64,000 bases of DNA from Guillardia theta CCMP2712 (taxonomy: Eukaryota > Protista > Cryptophyta), in NCBI RefSeq assembly GCF_000315625.1, contig NW_005434625.1, forward strand, positions 389,726-453,725, read 5' to 3'. Shown piece by piece: positions 59,626 to 64,000 of the stretch. The position numbers and the translations under genes were made by a program. The stretch's first letter is position 1, and each line of letters opens with the position of its first letter. The notes under the pieces were generated by a model. It saw nothing but the letters and a program-made list of their open reading frames with translations, had not been told where the DNA came from and did not search any database.

Positions 59626-61589
59626 CTAAACCACAGAAGTCCCTTCCTCCCTTGCCCCCTCATCACTCTTGACAAACATTTTGTCGTCTGCTTCAAAGTG
59701 CTCAGGGCCTCGCACATCGTCCCTCCTTCCCTGCTCACCCGCATCGCTCTCATCCCGCAGCAGGGCATGGGCTGTCAATGTCAGAAGGAGCAAGATAGGA
59801 ACTAGCGGGCGGAGAAGCGACTTGGTGACTGTGGTGACGTCAGCAGGTAACAGGGAGCAGAAACCTTCCTCACATGTAGAAGAAAGCTTGAGGGTGAGCA
59901 GGTGAAGGAAGCTAGTCACACAGAGTCCCCCTCCGAAGGACGAGCATCGGGACTTCGACGGAAGAAAGGTGGAGAAGAGAGCGAGGGAGAGGCTGTGGAG
60001 AGCCATGATGAGGAAGAAGAGGAGAGCTCCAAAGAGGAGCGAGACGAGGCCGTGGAAGGGAGGGATGAGCATGAAGCAGGCTCCAAGTACCTGCCAACGA
60101 TACCATGAGAACGCGCAGCTCAAGGTTAGAGGACGAGGGGGGAGAGAGCAGAGGTAGGGGAGGAAGACGAAGACAGGAGGATACAATCGCAGGAACAATG
60201 CAGACGAAGTGGACGAGGTCGAAGTGGTTGACTTGGTCCCACAGCTGCAGATTCGTGAGCAGGGCGTGTCAAACTGAGAGTTGTGACATCTTACAGTCAA
60301 GGTGAAGAGCGCCGAGCTGACGTGGAGGAGAGCGAGTTGCAGGATCTTCACTTTCCCCTTCTCGCTCCCGGCCATGTTCAGGACCACACTCTCGTCCTCC
60401 ATCAACTCAGCCGCCACAATTCCCGAGCAGACAGCGCACGCAACCCAAGTGATGGAGCACTTGGCTAGCCCCCGCCTCTCCCTCCTTCTCTGCGCCTCCG
60501 CTTCATCCCGTCCCCCCACCAGCGACACCGCCCCCGTGAACCTCACCTCCTGCCCGTTCTCCTCCGCCATGTAGTCGAGGACGTTGAGGCAGAGGCCCCG
60601 CATCCCCTCCTCGTACAAGAAGCTCAGCGACTCGCAAAGCTGGTTCCGCATGAGGAACCAGACCGGCAGCTCCACCACTGCGCACGACAGGAGCAGGAGA
60701 CGCCACTCGAGAGTCGCCGAGTAGGACTCGCCCAGCACCGCGTCCAGCACGGACCGAGCTCCTATCAAGTACAGAGACCCTATGTTTGCGCCCACGCATG
60801 CGACGATGAGGGCGGAGCCGAAGCGCCAGCGCGGCGGGCAGATCTCCATGGCCAGTGGGAGAGCGCAGGACAGCCTGCCTCCCGCCAGCAGCGAGCAGGA
60901 GCAGCGGAAGGCAAGGAGGAAGACGGCCGTTGGTGCGATGGAGGAGAGCAGCATCATGATCATGTAGGCGGAGTCGAGGAAGAGGAGGCTGACAAATCTC
61001 CCGTAAAAATCTGCCGCGTGTCCTGCTAGCAAGGAGCCGGCAGAGAAGAAAGTGATACATGCCATCTGTCCCGTCGTGAGCTCCTCGGCCGAGAGCTCCC
61101 ACTGATGCTCCAGCAGGGGCGGGAGCTGCCACCAAAGCGCTGTTTCCATGCCGACAACCATCTGCATGCTGAGTGAGATGAGAGCGGAGGGCCTGAAGGG
61201 TCACCTGGGACAGGATGAGCGCCTGCATGGCCTTGAGCTGGAAACTCCCGAAGCCCGCAGCGTCGAGGGCGCCGTCGAGGTCGATGGGATCAAGATCGCT
61301 GCAGCATGGCAGACAGACTCAGACGAGATGAGAGCGCATGGCACACCCTCACCTCTCATCCACGTCACTCTGATGGCTGCTCATCATCAAAGAACAAGTT
61401 ACATGCAAGAGTACAGAAAGAAACGCATGAGACCTGGAGGCTTGATCACTGTCTCGGCCTGATGAAACAAGTCTCAATCATCATCGTCACAGCACAAGTA
61501 TCACTGACACCTGCTGGCGCCATGTCTGCCTCCTCAAGAACTGGCTTATCGCCATCGGGACCTTCATTCGATCGCATGATGTTGCGCAT
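59626..61589 (-). CDS. MFS transporter (SV2/organic-cation-like)
   Basis: IDLDGALDAAGFGSFQLK, EHQWELS, AGHAADFYGR (motif A), LAMEICPPRWR, EWRLLL, CESLSFL; many TM segments; several introns. Confidence 0.8.
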
Positions 61590-62036
61590 GGCGGGTAGTC
61601 GGTGAACCTCAACCTCTAGCAGAGCATGTCGCAGCAGCAAGAACCATGTCCGAGCAAGAGGCAGCAACAAGTCTTGTCCTCACGCATGCGGTGCTTACCT
61701 CATCCCATCCCTCACCCTGTTCTCCCTGCACTTTCCTCCTTCCCCTCCTTTCGACGCCATCTTCTAATTTCGGAGGTCCTCTGAGGCAGGCTTCACACTG
61801 TCCTCCACCTGCCCATTTTGTCCTTGACCCGCTTCTCCCTCTCTCCCTCCCCTCCCCTCCCCTCCCCTCCCCTCCCTCCTCCCTCCTGCATCCTCCCTCC
61901 TCCCTCATCCCTCCTCCCTCCTCCCTCCTCCCTCCTCCCTCCTCCCTCCTCCCTCCTCCCTCCTCTCCTCCTCCCTCCTCCCTCCTCCTCTCCCTCTCCC
62001 TCTCCCTCTCCTCCTCCTCGCATTGGGATCCCGGTA

Positions 62037-62195
62037 NNNNNNNNNNNNNNNNNNNNNNNNNNNNNNNNNNNNNNNNNNNNNNNNNNNNNNNNNNNNNNNN
62101 NNNNNNNNNNNNNNNNNNNNNNNNNNNNNNNNNNNNNNNNNNNNNNNNNNNNNNNNNNNNNNNNNNNNNNNNNNNNNNNNNNNNNNNNNNNNNNN
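62037..62195. other. Assembly gap (159 N) flanked by duplicated low-complexity (CCT/CCCT)n sequence
   Basis: N run; tcctctgaggcaggcttcacactgtcctcc...tcctcgcattg occurs at both ~61777-62025 and ~62196-62441. Confidence 0.98.
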
Positions 62196-62505
62196 TCCTC
62201 TGAGGCAGGCTTCACACTGTCCTCCTCCCTCCCCTCCCCTCCCCTCACCCGCTTCTCCCTCTCTCCCTCCCTCCCTCCCTCCCCTCCCCTCCCTCCTCCC
62301 TCCTCCCTCCTCCCTCCTCCCTCCTCCCTCCTCCCTCCTCCCTCCTCCCTCCTCCCTCCTCCCTCCTCCCTCCTCCCTCCTCTCCTCCTCCCTCCTCCCT
62401 CCTCCCTCCCTCTCCCTCTCCCTCTCCTCCTCCTCGCATTGCTCTCTCATCGCCAGCGCTCTTGTCCCTAGAATGCACTGACAAGTCACTTCAACTCCCT
62501 TCGTG

Positions 62506-63764
62506 ATGAGCAGAGATACAAGACCGGGCGCGGAGGGTGAGGGGGAGCGGTACTCATGCACTACAGAGGACGGGTGGATGATCTCTCTCCATCGGTACCG
62601 GAGTAGAGCGCCGCCAGGGATAGCCAAGAAGAATCACTCCGTCCTCCTCTGCCATGGCTTCGCATCCAACCGTCACTCGTTCGACCTCAACCCGGAGGCG
62701 AGCGTTGCAAGATACTTCGCCAACGAAGGATGGGACACGTGGATAGTGGAGCTGAGAGGTAGGACAACTGCTTGCCCGCAGAGGAATGGTTCACTGGCTG
62801 ACTGACTGAATTTGGTTTCTCGTTTCAGGATCGGGGTTGAGCGAGAAGCCCAGCAGGGCTAACGGGAAGAAGTACGACTGGTGTGTTGACGATCACATCA
62901 AAGACTGCCAGGCTTCCATCGCCCTCATCGTGCAGGAGACAGGAGCATCGGTGCACTTGCTCGGTCACAGCATGGGCGGGATGATACTGACCGCCATGGC
63001 GAGCATGAACCTGACCTCGAGCATCCGCAGCGGTGTGAGCATAGGGAGCACCATCTTCATGGAGGAGAGCTCCTGGCGGCACTACCTCTTCATGTGGCCC
63101 ATCCTCAAGCACCTCCCCTGCGTCCATGCGGATTTCTTCCAGAAGATGATCTCGCCCATGGCCGTCAGGACCAACTCGCCGTGGGACAAGCTCTTCTTCG
63201 TTCGCTCCAACGTCTCCGCCTCCCTTGCTCGCGAGATGTTCTCCAAGAACTGGGAGCCCATCGCCATCCCCTCGGTCCGCCAGTTCAAGAAAGCTCTCGA
63301 CCCCCGCGGCCTTCCAAGCAGGGATGGCTCCTCCTTCTACTCCGACGGTCTCTCTCAGATCTCCATCCCCATGCTCGTCATCGCTGGCTCTAAGGACAGA
63401 CAATGTCCGCCGCAAGGAGCAGAGAAGATGGCATCGATGATCCCGGGAGCAAGGTACATCTGCTTGGGGAAGCAGAATGGCCAGAAGCATTCCTATGGTA
63501 AGGGCAACCGCCCTCCTCCCTCCCCTCTTTCTCCCTCCCTCCTCCCTTCTCCCTCCCTTCTCCCTCCCTTCTCCCTCCCTTCTCCCTCCCTTCTCCCTCC
63601 CTTCTCCCTCCTCTCATGAGCTAATTTCGACGGCACGTGCAGGTCACTTCGATTTATTGATCGGCAAGAACGCTCGGGAAGAGTGCTGGTTCCAAGTCCT
63701 CAAGTTCCTCCAGGAGAACGACAGTTATGACGAGATGAAAGACAGGGAGGAAGGAGGAGACTAG
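62506..63764 (+). CDS. Alpha/beta-hydrolase (lipase/PHA-synthase-like); 5' end obscured by the gap
   Basis: TEDGWMISLHRY, VLLCHGFASN, GWDTWIVELRG|SGLS, DWCVDDHI, HLLGHSMGG (nucleophile elbow), LVIAGSKD (acid), SY|GHFDLLIG (catalytic His). Confidence 0.9.
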
Positions 63765-64000
63765 ACGGTTGTAACGATGAGTCCATAACCCATTCATGCG
63801 ACTGATTGATTACCTTTACATACGATTCATTCATCATTTGACACACACATACTGGAATACCGGACACGAACATGTCCGATCGGTAAGGAGGTGAGGCGAG
63901 GGGCGAGGCAGGGCAGGGAGAGGAGAGGACAAGTCAGAGTGGCAGACAAGGGGATGCTGCAGCAGGGACCCACTTGCAGAGGATGACTGAGCCTGGTCGC

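Noticed and set aside
1-64000. tRNA, rRNA, CRISPR arrays, prokaryotic operons
   Set aside because: None recognised by eye; intron-rich genes on alternating strands indicate eukaryotic nuclear DNA. A tRNAscan-SE/Infernal run would be needed to exclude small RNAs.

Overview
Gene-dense eukaryotic nuclear DNA with many short (~45-60 nt) GT-AG introns, long purine- or pyrimidine-skewed microsatellite-like introns, and one assembly gap (62037-62195). Intron style, a bipartite plastid-targeting presequence with +1 Phe and SHAQKYF-class MYBs suggest a cryptophyte-like alga with a complex plastid (e.g. Guillardia theta); this is an inference. About 20 genes can be read by manual splicing. They include a choline-transporter-like protein, a ceramide/sphingosine-kinase-like DAGKc protein, a ~77-aa orphan, two MYB factors, a SAM-domain protein, a plastid-targeted FtsH-like ATPase with no protease domain, a secreted Kelch/Asp-box protein, a bacterial-type TrmA, MetAP1, glyoxalase II, an LPAAT, a membrane alpha-carbonic anhydrase, a 3x dsRBM protein, an MFS transporter and an alpha/beta hydrolase. 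The standout locus (40144-43316, +) fuses an N-terminal TIR-like domain, a SAM-like domain, ~6 TM helices and a C-terminal RelA/SpoT (alarmone-synthetase)-like nucleotidyltransferase, a candidate two-enzyme nucleotide-signalling or immune receptor. Upstream intergenic DNA carries a recurring GGGGTA/TACCCC motif and GC-rich palindromic islands. Exon boundaries and start codons are manual estimates. No RNA genes, CRISPR arrays or clear transposons were recognised.
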